64,000 nt of DNA, from assembly GCA_043228905.1 (NCBI GenBank), contig JBHGNT010000002.1, positions 6,572,001-6,636,000 on the forward strand, read 5' to 3'. This stretch comes from Azolla caroliniana. Lineage: Eukaryota > Plantae > Polypodiophyta. The notes beneath the pieces were generated by a model, which had not been told where the DNA came from, made no database searches, and saw nothing but the letters and a program-made list of their open reading frames with translations. Position numbers and translations under genes: made by a program. Shown here in pieces: positions 24,422-38,337 of the stretch. The stretch's first letter is position 1. Each line of letters opens with the position of its first letter.

Positions 24422-27400
24422 ATGAGCTTTATTAATCTTCGTCACCGGAAGCAGAATGCAGACGCTCAGCATATTCAAGGATCGGAATCACTAGAAAGTA
24501 TACAGGGAGCTAATTATATGGAGGATAGTCACAATATAGCTCCATCGCCATCTGAAGGAGATGATCAAACGAAGATGAAGAAGAAAAAGAAGAAGAAGAA
24601 GAAGAAGGAAAAGAGTAAACCGAGCTCATCCGAAATGAATCAATTTTCCTCCTCTTCGTACGATAATCTCGAATCAGACCAGAAACCTCATTCAGAAGCT
24701 CCCTCTCCTACTACTGCTCTCGAGCCAGACCAGAAAACGTGTTCAAAAATCCCCTCTGAGAACGACGATAACAGGGAGACTTCGAAGAAGAAGAAGAAGA
24801 AGAAGAGTTTTTCTTCACCAGAAACTCTGTCTTCTTCTTCTTCTTCTTCAACTATTCTCGAACCATCTGAACAAAAACCTCCTCCTAATTCTACCTCCAT
24901 CTCCAACACTTACTGTGACGAAGAAAAGGTAAGTTCTTCCTCTTCCTTTCTTCTTCTTCTTCTTCTTCTTCTGCTAGGCAATTATAGTGATGGGAAGATG
25001 TCACCATCACCACCACCACCACCATCATCATCATCATCCATTATATTGTTTAATGATGCATACATGTATATTCTCTCTCTTCTTGTTCTGCAAAAACGAT
25101 AATGATGAAAAGGTGCATTATTCCTCATCATCTTCTTCTTCTGCAACCATTTTGTAATCATAATGATGGAAAGTTACAGCTTTTCTTTACTCTAATTTCA
25201 TCCTTAGAAATAAATTTGTTTCCATTAATGAACAAAGATAAAGGGTCATATCCTCCATGAGGTGCAAATTTAAGAGATACAAGGAGGGAGTCGAAGTAAT
25301 TCATTTCCACATGGAATAAGAACCGGAGAGACTGAAAAAGAAATGAAAAAGAATATCCAAAACGATCTAGAGATATTGGTAGGATTGAAGTAGAAAAAAC
25401 CCATAGACCATATCGGGCAGTTCTAGATGGATTTTCTGTAGCTGCATGACCTTTGCTCAATCTCTCTCTCGAGAGCGGATGGGCCCTATCAATCTCTCCA
25501 ACGTGGCACCTCCTGGTACTGACTAGAGTTACCCTCCCCGATCCTGACCTGTGTGTTGCCATCTTTCATTGCCAGAGTCTGTCTGTCTTAACACCTGCGT
25601 TGGCGATGAAGTTACTAATTTGAATGAGGTCGGATCAGAGTCTGACCTGAGCTTGGGATGATGTCACTGGGAAATTCTATCCTCAAACTGGTGAACTGGG
25701 TCGAGAGGGAGAGGGGTAGCACATGTCTTAGAAAACTTTTTGGGAACTAGAATGACCATGAATCTCTCTGACGTCTGAGGTTTCCATGGTTGTCCAGTGT
25801 CTGGGGTCACCAAGGATCTCATGCCTGGGCTCTAAGATGGAAATCACTAGAGAAGAAATTATTTTCCAAGCTAGAAGCAGTTCCAAAAGCAATGAATTTG
25901 CCCAAGAGGCCAGTTCCACTGCAAGGTCAGATCAATCAGACCAAGACATAATGAGAATGGGAGCCGAATCATAATGATGTAAAAATACATTCTTTGTTCA
26001 CTTTTATTGGTTTTTCTTCTTCTTCATGACCATTATAATGATTTTATCATCATCTTCTTCTGCACAATTATACTGATGGAAAGGTACATTCTTCATCATC
26101 CTCTTTTCCTTCTCCAACTATTATAATTATAATTAAGAAAAACACATTCTTCCTTACTGTATTCTTCTTCTTCTTTTGTTCTGTAGTCTCATTCGATCAA
26201 GTCGAGCAAGAAGCCATCAAAACGATCTCGTGGTTGCAATGGATGGGGATGTATAGACACGTGTTGCTGGCTCATTGGTTACATCTGCTGTGTTTGGTGG
26301 ATTCTTCTGGTTCTTTATAAGTCTCTGCCTTCTCTCTCAGAGGCCATAACCGGACCGCTTCCTCATCCTCCCGGAGTAAAGCTAAAAATTGAAGGCTTAA
26401 GGGCCCTGCATCCTGTTGTATTTGTACCTGGCATAGTAACTGGTGGCCTTGAGCTCTGGGAAGGTCAACCTTGTGCTGATGAGCTGTTCAGAAAACGACT
26501 CTGGGGAGGGACGTTTGGAGATATTTACAAGAGGTAAGCTACTCTACTCTATATTTGACATTACCTTAAGTGATCTTTAGCTCTATGATAGGGATTGTTA
26601 TCAAAGGTATTTCATAACAAACATCAAGTGATCTTTGGATTATAAGAATACTTACAGTAGGTAAGAAACTCTATAATACTATGCATTACATTTTTCAATC
26701 TATGATAAGTATATTTACGAAAGCTATACAGTCTGCAATATGTCAAATGAACTTTGGATGCTCCACAAGCCAAAATCTTTGGCTGTAGATAGCTTACAAT
26801 AACTTATGTATCTACAGTATGCTACCCAATCTCTAGATGATATGGATATGTTTAGGTGTTTTCAAGTGCTAAACTCATTATGTGGGCTTTAAATGATAGG
26901 AAATCAATCATATGATATCTTGTAAATCAAACCATGAAGTGAATTACCAAACTGTATGGTTGCTTGAATACATCCAAACTAGAGATGAGTCTGTAGAGGG
27001 AGATGCAGAGATATATATGGCTGACTAGATATATCAGAATGTGAACTTTAGATGAAGTAGTTTGCTGCTCCAATATAAGCTTTCCTTGTTTATTTTATGT
27101 TGTAAAGATTGTCGACAATAAGCACAATATAGGAATCCAATCCTTGTTATTGTATTGTGTGATGACTCAAAATAAGGAAGTTGCTTAAGAATCCTTAATC
27201 CTAGGAGGTGTATGAATGATGAAATTATAATACTATGCATGAATAATTGTAGAGGATGGATGTCTTTGTCAAAAAGCTGTTGTATCTGGCATGTTGATTT
27301 GGTTGAACTTACTAGTCAAACGTTGGAACTATCAAGATGGTGGATATGCTCATTATATCGAGAAATGGTTCAAGAATCACTTGTTGCTGGTTTCCCAACA

Positions 27401-30400
27401 TTTTTGTGATTGCTCCATTACTGTAGCAAAATAAGAAATTGCAAAGGCATGCTAAGACATTTTGAATTTCACAAAGGCTTTCCTATACATCTGAACACTT
27501 TCTCACTATCAGGAGGAAAAGCTCTTGAGAAAATTTGTGCAATGTATTTAATCACCGCCTATTAGTTTATAAGGTCTTAATCTATAGATCCAATTGTGTC
27601 ATATCGTACATATGGATAGACATCATATAGAAAAATATATTAATCTGGTAATGTTACCATGGGTTTTTCTACTGTATGTCCTTTTATATCTCACATATGC
27701 ATGCGTTCAAAGGAGAATAATACCAGCAATGGGCCCGGTTCGTTTTTGGTTCAGTTCGGTTTCTTTGCCTTCAAACTGAACCGAGCCATTTATATAAACA
27801 GAAACCATACCAAACTGTTTATGAACTCTTAAGCCATTTTAACCAAACCATTTAAGAAAAGGTAAATCAAACTGTTTAAACCACAATCGTTTAGGGAAAA
27901 GTTAAAACCAAACCGAACCATTTAATAAAAAATTTAAACCTAACCATTTAAGTCAAAACAATTAAAAAACTTAATAAACAAAAATACATTAAATTATATG
28001 AGCATTTAAGTTAAATTAATTGAATATATAAATAAGCATTAATTAAACCATTAAATTAAATAAACTTTTAAGTTAAATGAATTAAATCAATAAAAAAACA
28101 TTAATTAAACCATTAAGCGAAAAAAAAGTTAACAAAAAACCAAATAACCTTTAGACCGAACCACTTAAACCTATAAACCGATAAACCCGAGTTATAGAAC
28201 CAAACCAAACTAAAACCGAACCGTTTATTAATAATCCAAACCAAACCAAACCATTTAATTATTTTTGAACCGATAAATTGTTAAATCATGACTTAAGAGT
28301 TCGGTTCAGTTTGAGCCAAAATTGGGCCCATGGCCACTTGATGATATATACTAGGAAAGGTTTGCATCCTGGATGTGAGATTGGTCTCTAAAACTCATGT
28401 ACTCCTTTGTGAAGCCAAAATATATGTTTCTCATTACACAGAGAGGATATTTGTTGTAGAGAATGAAAGCAATTCTCTATGGATAAGTTACTTTTGCTAT
28501 ACATTCAATGAGTGAAGAAAACAGTTAATAATGGGAACTGCTAGACAATAAATAGACATGAGATAAATAATTACCTTTATAATGATATCTTGAATCTGTT
28601 TCCAAGAAAAGTGATAAAATTCCATTCAATGTCATCTAATAATTTCTGGGCCAAAGATATGATACTGGATAATGTAACTCGATTGGATCCATGAGATGTA
28701 AGAGTAAGACCAGTCTCTGGTCCAGTTGCAGCTAATTACTTTGCTGCTGGCTATTTGTTGAAAGCTTGATTCTTTTGGTTGTGTTTTTTCCTTATATCAG
28801 GCCTTTTTGCTGGATCGACCATATAATATTGGATAATGTAACTGGATTGGATCCACCACGTGTAAGAGTAAGACCAGTCTCTGGTCTAGTTGCAGCTGAT
28901 TACTTTGCAGCTGGCTATTTTGTCTGGGCTGTTCTCATCCAGAATTTGGCAAAGATTGGTTATGAAGAAAAAAATTTGCACATGGCAGCTTATGACTGGC
29001 GTCTTTCCTTCCAAAATACTGAGGTATTTTATATTTCCATATGAAATTTGAATATAAATCAGTTTTAAGGAAAAAATTTCAAATGGGAAAAATGCCAAAA
29101 TACTCAAGATTTTTCATTACTTCCTGAATGCCCCTAAGTTTTCATTTTTTCTTCAAATGTCCTTGAAGAATCCCTTCTTAATTAGGGATGCAGTTACATT
29201 ATAATTGCTCAAGTAGCACATATAGTTGCTTGAGAGGGAGTTGGCCAAGGACATTTGAGGCTTTGAACTTTTTCAAATTGCCACTCTAGTTTGCCATTAT
29301 TGTCAAGGATCATTCAAGCTTACGAAATTCCAAATTTTGCCTCTTAAGTTCCTGAAATTTACAAATGACTACAAACTATTGATTTGAGATTACTGCATGT
29401 GTAAATTAAAACAATTCTTAATTATTCTTCTTTTTTACTTTTTCAACTGTCTAACATTTGAAATTTTGAATCTCTTAACTCCTGCAAAATTAAGAGTCTA
29501 GCTGCGTATTAAAAACTAACGATGTTTATTTGTGCTAATCAAATAGTTTGGGAATTGACAGTTAGTGTCCATTTTTTTCTCTCAATAGTCGGTAATTAGA
29601 ACTCAATCTTGTGTTAAGCTGTTATAATCATCCCAAATTACTAGTAATCAGGATTTAAATCTACACATTATTCAAAAGGCCTTCCAGAAATTATAATGCC
29701 ATTCTAGGAGTTCATTAAACTTGAATGGCATTTTGGGAATTATGGAAAAGGAGAGTAACATTTTGATAATTTTCCCAAAACTCAACGTGTGATAGTATTC
29801 ATTTGTTTCGTCCTTTTTTTGTGTGGTCTCGAAACAGTACCGTGACAAAACTTTAAGCAGACTTAAGAGTACCATTGAGCTACTTGTGGAAACAAATGGA
29901 GGAAAGAAGGTAGTTGCAGTACCACATTCAATGGGGGCACTTTATTTCATGCATTTCATGAAGTGGGTAGAAGCTCCAGCACCAATGGGTGGTGGTGGTG
30001 GCTCTGATTGGTGCGCCAAACACATAAAATCTGTTATGAACATAGGTGGACCTTTGCTTGGTGTTCCAAAAGCTGTATCTGGGCTCTTTTCTGCGGAAGC
30101 TAAAGACATAGCAGTGGCAAGGTACTTATCTACCTACACATATACGTTCTTCTCAAACATGAAACAGTTGGAAAAAACTATTTAGAATTACATTGTCCAA
30201 TCACATTGCATGGTTAACGATGTAATTCCAATTTTTTTCATTGGAAACTCTCAAAATTTTTAAGTTGTAGTTGAAAGGATATTCCTCCTTTTGAAACCAC
30301 TGCTAAAATTTATCCTTGAACCAAAAGCACTTCTGATCATCTGGACTGTAGTTATGTGATAAATGATATCCTATATTGTCTGAATTTTTTTCACAATCAA

Positions 30401-33400
30401 TATCTACAATGCAAGGGTAGAAACAATACTGTTGCCTTAGGTAATGTAAAGGTAAAAATATCCCTGGGCAAGATGCACTTTACAATCATCTAGGAACTAG
30501 TTTATTGTGAGTACAAAGACCAATCGACTCTAAATTGATGTTCTATCCTGTCTCTTTTTATTAGTATTGCACATAATCCATTTCTGTGTTTAAATTCTTC
30601 AAATTATTTGGTTGAATATTCTTCAAAGCAAAAACTAAAACTAGGCTATCAAGTACCTATGTTGTTTAGAAATTAGACAAATGAGCATCATATGCTAGAA
30701 TATAATGTGGTTCACATCAAGCATGCCACATTGTCTATGTAATCTTCGGACCGAGCATCTGTTTATATTAATCACCCCATTAGTTCCATTTATACTTTAC
30801 GAGCTAATTCTTTTATCAATAATACACACTATAGTTCTATGATATATGTTGCCAACTTGGCTTTCCATCGAACATATAGAAGACATCTCTGTTGTTGTGA
30901 AATATAGAGATCTTACTTGATTACAAGTTTGCGTGCTTTTCTCCCAAGATTCAACAGCAGTGAAGTCTTATCTCCATACGAATGTGAAATCTTCACATAA
31001 AACTCCTATGCTATGGAGAATTAGTTCTTCAAGTGATTGTTCTATAAATAAGAATTTCTAAGGATCTCTAGAATCTTAGATCCCTGTTATGTTGAAAGAT
31101 CTATGCTTTGCTATGACTTTGTACTCTTACATCATGAGGAACGTAGTCTTCAAATTCCTAAATTCAGAAAGATACCAAGTCTAGCAAATTTAGAATTTAA
31201 AGCAATTTTGGCAATCAACTAATGATGTCATTTCCTAATTTTTCAAGTAGTCAAAGTTTTGTTAGGGACTCATTTTCTGAAAAATTCAGGCAATGATTGC
31301 TGAATGTGTAGAATTATTTTTACTTCAAGCTGCAGTTTAGGTATGTTGAATGTTGAAGCTGCAATAGGGATGGAATCAAATTCTTGTGATTCGATTTGGT
31401 TTGTGGTGTTTGTGAGTTATGCTGGTAGATACAGGCCATCAATTTTCCCTCTTTGTTAGGTGCCAAATGAGATCAAACTCCTGTTTCTAGCCCGTACAGT
31501 CTTTATTTGCATAGCATTAGATGTAGGAAGTCTAAATTAATATGATATTTAACTTTGTGCCATGGTGATCATCTCACACATTGAGTGTAACGATGCTATA
31601 GTTCATTTTCCATCTGATCCTTCTTTTTTTGAGTCTAGCTTGCAAAAATGATTCTTTTTGTCTGTAGGATTTTTTCTCAAAAGACTAGAATGGTTGGATA
31701 TGCGCATAAGATGTAGTCTACATAGAGGTCATAAATTTTTCTTCCTCACACAGGGCTGTAGCTCCAGGGGTGCTGGATTCAGAGTTATTTGCTGTACAAA
31801 CACTCCAACATATTATGCGAGTGTCTCGAACTTGGGATTCAACTATGTCTATGATTCCTAAAGGTGGGGAAGTGATATGGGGAGGCGTTGATTGGTCTCC
31901 CGAAGATGGTTTCCAGTGCTTACCTAAAAAGAATGGAAACAACAATGGTTTCACTGAGAAGAAATCTATCAGATTGCATAATCCGAACAAAACTAAAACT
32001 CACTATGGGAGAATGATCTCATTCGGAAAAATTGTCTCTGAAAGGCCATCAGATATGCTGGAAGTGGAAAGGGAGCCTTTCAAGGTTTGGAGTCCATTTT
32101 TTGAACAAAAAACTCTGAAATACCTGAGTTTTTCTTTGTTCCCCAAATGCCCTTAAGTTTCATTATTTCCAAAGGAGTCCTCGTCCAACCCCCTGTGAGA
32201 GACAACAGAGTAAATTGGCAGTATATATCTCCTCCAATATCAAGCGTATTGTGCAACTTGAGCAATATATGCCTGGTTCATCTCCTTTTTCTCAGGATCA
32301 TTCGGGAAAATAACTTGAAGTGGCATTTGAGGAATTAAAGAAAAATCCAAGGGTGTTTATGGGTTTTTTCCTTTCCATATTAATTATTGAAACTAGTGCA
32401 AGACACTACAGCTTTCGTTGATAGAAATGTTGATGAGGGTGGGGCCAAGTTAACACTTAATATTCATGTCATTGCAGTATGTGAGAAATGGTGTGCCAAT
32501 AAAGGTTAGCACGAATCGTTCATGTGGGGATGCATGGACAGAGTATCATGAGATGAGCTTGGAAGATATTCATGTTGTTGCAGAACATGAAGTATATACT
32601 GCAGAAACTATCCCCGACCTTCTGAGATATGTGGCCCCTAAAATGATGCAGAGAGGCGATGCTCAATTTTCCCATGGACTTGCTGATGACCTCGATGATC
32701 CGAAATACCAACACTTCAAATATTGGTCGAATCCTCTAGAAACTCGGTAAATTCTCAAATTCAGACATTTTTTATTATTTGGTTAAAACACCCACACCCC
32801 TAACATTTCGGATATTTACCAGAATAACCCTTAACTTTTCAAAATATTACCAAAATACCCCTTAACTTCTCAAAATATTACCAGATACCCCTCTACAGTG
32901 GTAAATTTGGTGCTACAGACCTGGTAAATTGTTGAAAACTTGGGATTATTTTATGTTTTGGTTTTATCAACAAATCTGAAGGGTATAAAGCATAAGCTTT
33001 GCCACCGCACTATCACTTTATACATTTTATGTGCCTCATAGGGCAATTATATTTTGCATTGGTGCACTTGGGCTAACTTACTGTTCTTACACCCCTTGCA
33101 CGGTTACCACACATAAGCATATTACTTGCCCTTGCCTCTGTGAGTTGATTATTCGGTTTCAATTTTTACTTGTATAAATTGCCATGTTGAAGTTTACAAC
33201 GTACTCAGCTGAATGGTAATGCTCATACATCAATATGGAAGCACATTGGCGTACTTGGGTTAACTTCCTGTTCTTACACCCTTGCACGGTTACCACATGT
33301 AAGCATATTAATTTGGCCTTGCCAGTGTGAGTTGATTATTTGGTTTCTTTTGCTTGTATCAATTGCGATGTTGAAGTTTACAGTGTACTTAGTGGAAAGG

Positions 33401-34090
33401 TAATGCTCATACATTACATGTAATGCCCTTGTTTGTATGCATATATGGTAATTTTTCTGATGGAGATGCAAGAAAGGATCTTTTCACCTTGTGCTTTAGC
33501 ACATAGTGTGTTGTTTTTAATTCTTGCATCTCATGCTTTAGCATGTTATTTCTTGTTTTGAAATGAAATGTATTGTGGATGCATGAAAACTTTGTAGGTT
33601 GCCAAATGCCCCAGACATGGAGATATATTGTATGTATGGTGTGGGCATCTTGACAGAGCGATCATACGTATATAAGCTCTCACCTCTTGCTGAGACATGC
33701 TATATACCATTCCGGATTGACACAATGGCAAATGGTGATAATGATGATCACCTAGGTTGTATGCGAGGGGGCACTCTCTTTGTAGATGGTGACGAGACAG
33801 TTCCTGTGTTAAGTGCTGGCCTTATGTGTGCGAAAGGATGGCGTGGAAAAACTCGATTCAATCCTTCAGGTTCGTCTACCTTTATTAGGGAGTATAACCA
33901 TGCTCCACCTTCGAACTTGCTTGAAGGTAGAGGTACCCAGAGTGGGTCACATGTAGATATCATGGGAAATTTTGCGCTGATCGAGGACGTGATGAGAGTT
34001 GCTGCGGGAGCCTCTGGAGAAGACATTGGTGGTGATGAGATCTACTCTGATATATTGAAGTGGGCTGAGAGAGTCCCCCTCAAATTATAA
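24422..34090 (+). CDS. PDAT1: Phospholipid:diacylglycerol acyltransferase (LCAT family), 7 coding exons
   Basis: Exons 24422-24928, 26187-26533, 28801-29023, 29838-30121, 31754-32084, 32478-32746, 33598-34090 with GT-AG introns, in frame. Motifs: CIDTCCWLIG (TM), HPVVFVPGIVTGGLELWEG, AAYDWRLSFQNTE, catalytic PHSMG, GDETVPVLS and SHVDIMGN. Confidence 0.95.
27727..28333. mobile_element. Non-autonomous DNA-transposon-like insertion (AAACCGAACC-rich) in PDAT intron 2
   Basis: Short inverted ends ATGGGCCC...GGGCCCAT, many subterminal AAACCGAACC/GGTTCGGTT motifs and an AT-rich core. No TSD identified. Confidence 0.55.
28659..28756 (+). pseudogene. Degenerate partial tandem duplicate of PDAT exon 3
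   Basis: TGGATAATGTAACT(C/G)GATTGGATCCA...GTAAGAGTAAGACCAGTCTCTGGTC...GCTGGCTATTT matches 28822-28920 and carries an in-frame TGA. Confidence 0.9.
32108..32372. mobile_element. Degenerate Mutator-like MITE in PDAT intron 5 (related remnants near 29085, 32780 and 61630)
   Basis: Imperfect inverted ends (AAATGCCCTTAAGTTT...AACTTGAAGTGGCATTT) resembling the TIR of the 38338 element. Confidence 0.45.
33056..33414. repeat. ~187-bp tandem duplication in the last PDAT intron
   Basis: CATTGG...TAACTT.CTGTTCTTACACCC...GGTTACCACA...GTAATGCTCATACAT occurs twice. Confidence 0.9.
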
Positions 34091-36879
34091 TTTTTTGCTC
34101 ATCATTTTTGTTGAATGTGATTATTTTTATGATGGTTGAAAATATCAAATGTAAAGAGGTCTATCCACTGAAATAGTGGAATTTGTTAAGGAGATCATGT
34201 TGTTCTGGACCCTCCTCTCTCTCTTTCTGTCTCTCTCTCTCTCTCTCTCATGTATGTATTTTTATTATGATGGTATGGGAACTCAATTTGTAATTTACAT
34301 GCTCTCACAACGGTATAGTATTCATTAGAATTTTTATGATGGCTGGATCTTCCAATGTAACCTGACAATCACCATATTTACAGCTTCTAGGGTAGGGATG
34401 GTGTTGAATTTCCAATGTATGGATTATAAAGTAATAATTGTTAGATACATAGAAATATGTGTGCATGTTCTAGTGAACAATGTCTTCTTCGTTTGAGGCT
34501 CGTACAGTACAGCATTATGATTCAGGGATACGTGTAACCCTGTAAATAACTAGTTCAAAGTATGTTCTGCATCGGTGCCATAGGTAAGGCGGTGCCATAG
34601 GTAAGGATTCGTGCATAAGGGTGGCTATATATTGGATTGGTAAACAAATAGAACCAAAACCATTTGTAGGCTTGGGGTTCAAAAGGTTTTGGTTCTATTT
34701 TGTAATAAAACATTGATTACAAATAAAAACCCAAAATGTCAATGTTATTTATCCATTCCATTTGTTAAGATTTTTTACCATATTGCTTGTAAATGATCAG
34801 GAATAATGAAACATGAAATGAGGGCATGTCATAGAATAAATGCTTAGTATTGCCATCATCCAATTAGGTTGATAAATATTTACCCATGGCACTTACGAAT
34901 CACAATAGATTGAGATTTGATCCTAGTTAATTGTTCATGAAAGGGGACATTCGTTAGTGATGGATTTCAAGACTACAAGCAAGTGTTCACTCTAGATGCT
35001 TTTGTGAACCACAAACCAGCTCCTTGCATCATTATGATCTTTTCATTACTCTTATGTCTTGAGGAATGTTGGTAACTGTTTAGAGATTTCATATAGTAAA
35101 TAGTTGCTTTTTATTTATCTTTGCGTTTGTGTTTTGCAACATTACATTATTTGCACTATTATGTATTTGTAAGGATTTTAATAGCTTTGCAAGGTTTCGT
35201 ACAATGTTTAAGAAGTTGCATTACACGAGGTGGACGTAGAAGGTTTCTCAAAAGCACACAAACACTTTTTCGCTTAAAGCATGAGCCAATTTACTAGATG
35301 GAAGGGTGATCGAAGAAGTTGACGTATAACAACATGAAGAATTTCAACAATCTCATCAACATAAATAAAATATATATATGTATATATATAGATATATAGA
35401 TATATAGATATATAGATATGTATGTGCAAGATGATTATAGAAAAGACTATAGAATCTTGTTGCATGGGATTGTTTATGGAAAAAACTAAACAAAAAGAAT
35501 TGAGTGGTCGTTGGTTATTGTTTTATCGTCATAGAACTTGTGTAAGAAAATAGGAGAAAATCTATTTTGAATAGAAAATGATTAAGAGTACTATTGATGC
35601 GTGTTTCCCCAATGTTTTAATTTTTTATGACAACTTTTGAGGATGAGTTAAAGGACCAAGGTATATTAAATGGGGTGAATAACTTAATTAGCTATTTTAA
35701 TAAATATCTACTTTATAGACATGTACATTAATTTCATTGCGCTTTGATACACACACATTATACATACATATTGATATGATATAATATGATTTTCTAGGGT
35801 TGTGGCAATGTCCATGTTCTTTTTAATATCTATAGACTATAACAAAACTTAAAAAGGTTCTTCACATCTTTTGAGACTTATTTTTTAGTGGTGATTAAGA
35901 AATGACCAATGTACTCCATCCATGTCAAGGATACTACTGATTATCACCCTAAATTAAGCTAACCTCTTGTATGAGTCTGTGAAGACAATTAGCTAAAGCT
36001 ATGTCTTGGGTTCGTGCAGAAAATCCAAGGAGAGAGTCGTCTGATTATGGTGTCTTGTAGGTTTTCTGAGGAATCCACAAAGCTAAAGCTAGGCCTTTTT
36101 TCTTCAGAGAAAGAGAAGAATGGAGAGAGGATGAAGATGAAGAAGACCCATGAAAGAGCTTCCCGTGAAGGAGAGAAGCAAATAAAATAAATACAGAATT
36201 ATTATGTCTGTAGACACCATGTCAGTATGTATGTATAGGCAGGAGGGGAGTGAGAGTCCATCATCGCCCATGTCTAAGAAGACCAGAATCCCATCAGATT
36301 TCCTAAAATTACAAGGATGCCCCTAGTGAATATAATGAGTGAATGGTATTTGCCTATCAATATATAATGTATGTATTTGTTTGTGTTTTTTTACACTCAC
36401 TCTATGTGGTCATTCCACACACGTTGATTCGATTTGGGTAGAAATCATGACTTCTTATCGAGCGCTAACCATAGAGGCAACAACTAGTAGAACTACATAT
36501 TTAATTGGTCTTCTTTACTCGGAAACCTAATTACTATTATTAGGCAAAAAGTAAGACCTAATTAAAATGGGAGGGGATCATTACAAAACAAACACAAGGG
36601 ACACGGGGATATTGTAGTGGGTGTTTTAATAAGCCTAGTGGGACATCCTCATAACAATACGTAGAAGCTAAAGTGCCATATAAGAGTGCAAGAAAGAGAG
36701 GCATCCTTGTAATTTAAACAAATTTGCAAAACCAAAGGGACAATTGAGTATACTTGTAACAAACACGAAAAAGCTAGGAATCATATATGAACCTAAGAGG
36801 GGTATCGTCGTAAAACCTACAAATGGGCAAGAACCATATACAGCTCCTAGAGAAGGGTATCGAAAGCTTGCACAAGGAC

Positions 36880-37450
36880 ATAATGCCTTGAGTTTGGTCA
36901 CTGGTGAATATGTCATACATTCGGAGGTCAAGAAGGAAGGCTTTTTAGTTAAGAAGTGCATCATGATTGGAACGGCCTTGATAGATATGTATACCAAATG
37001 TGGTGCACTTGGCAAAGCACGAGGATTGTTTAACGAGCTCTCGACAAGGAACACCATATCTTGGAGTGTTATGATCATTAGTTATGTTCAATGTGAACTA
37101 TATGACGAAGCCATAAGCACCTGTCATCATATGAAAGATGAGGGTGTTTCTCCTAATGCTGCGATTTTTACTTGTGTTTTGAAAGCATCTGGACATTAAG
37201 GATGTGTGAAGATGGGAGAAGATCTAGATACATGATGAAGTTAAGAACCATGCCATTCTTACCATGTCTTTAGTGGACATTTCTTTAGGGCACAAGATGT
37301 ATTTGATTCACTTCCCACATGAGACAATATATCTTGGAATGCACTTATATGTGGTTATTCCCAACATGACCTGCATGATGAAGCATTGAAGTGCTTTAAA
37401 CTGGTGTATGAAAATGGAATACCAGATTCAGTCACTTACATCTACGTACT
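36880..37450 (+). pseudogene. PLS-class pentatricopeptide repeat (PPR) gene fragment
   Basis: IGTALIDMYTKCGALGKARGLFNELSTRNTISWSVMIISYVQ...GVSPNAAIFTCVLKAS, then stops/frameshifts and a further motif (VFDSLPT*DNISWNALICGYSQH..DEALKCF). Confidence 0.85.
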
Positions 37451-37605
37451 TTCACATATCTTTGTTACAAATGTTTGATGCATTGTATGAACGACTTCAC
37501 ATTCTACAAACAATTATCACCTAGTTGTCATGTTCTGTTCTGTGTGGTGTGAAGGTTATCACATCTGTTTACCACACTAAAGGTCTCCGTTGATGAGGCA
37601 CTGGA

Positions 37606-38005
37606 TGTTGGTGCATAGGTGAGAGTAGTCAATGTTGTTGGGTGGGGGGTGGATCCAAGAACGGCTCCACCCCCCTCCCAAGGGGGTTATGCATGAGGGG
37701 AGAGAGGGAAACAAGCACACACACACAAAGAAAATCATAGATGAAACAAAGATTGAGGGGTAACTCTTTCGTATCCTTGTTTTATTCGTGCCCCATGGGT
37801 GGGGTTTATATAGTACATAATATGACCATTACATATTTGTACACATCCACACAAATGTGCATGTGTACATACGCACTCATCTTCGCACTCACACATTACA
37901 CACCCACACTATATTCTTTTACCCTTTACCCTCCCGTACATCCCATAGGGGTAAGCGTCAACTTCCCTAAACAAGTCTTGGAGTCTAGGTATCATACTAA
38001 TACAA
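37606..38005 (-). mobile_element. Possible solo LTR
   Basis: TG-initiated segment with minus-strand CTATATAAACCCC and a purine/pyrimidine-skewed U5-like part. No TSD found. Confidence 0.3.
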
Positions 38006-38015
38006 GGCTCTATAT

Positions 38016-38190
38016 TTGATCGCATTGAACAATGTTTCCCACTCATCGTCGAGCAAACCCAATGCTTGCACAAATTTCTCTCAGAAATGGTGTCAATTGG
38101 AATATTTATTAGAAAAGTTCGTGAACATAGAGAGTCGATGCTCGCTTTCACATGTATTTCGTGAAAATGTTATTATGCATCTCATTTTTA
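38016..38190 (+). mobile_element. 3' fragment of the RTE/RTEX-like LINE family seen at 45255-46380
   Basis: CTTGCACAAATTTCTCTCA...GAACAT.GAGAG...CTTTCACA.GTAT..CGTGAAA aligns with 46166-46330. Confidence 0.7.
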
Positions 38191-38337
38191 AATATGATAA
38201 TAAAATTTATTCATATGTAATTGTTGGCTTATTGGTTTACTTCCTAGCATCAAAATCATAAAATTGAAAGAGCTTAATTTCTATTCTCACCATGGGCATC
38301 TTTGTTTTTGTGTGAAAACACACAATTATATTAATAA

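Noticed and set aside
25156-25979. 13-bp AATCATAATGATG as a TSD of the PDAT intron insert
   Set aside because: The motif belongs to the local minisatellite, so the match is not diagnostic.
18017-34610. Small direct repeats (35 bp at ~18017, ~28 bp at ~20535, 17 bp at ~34573)
   Set aside because: Ordinary slippage-type micro-duplications with no further structure.
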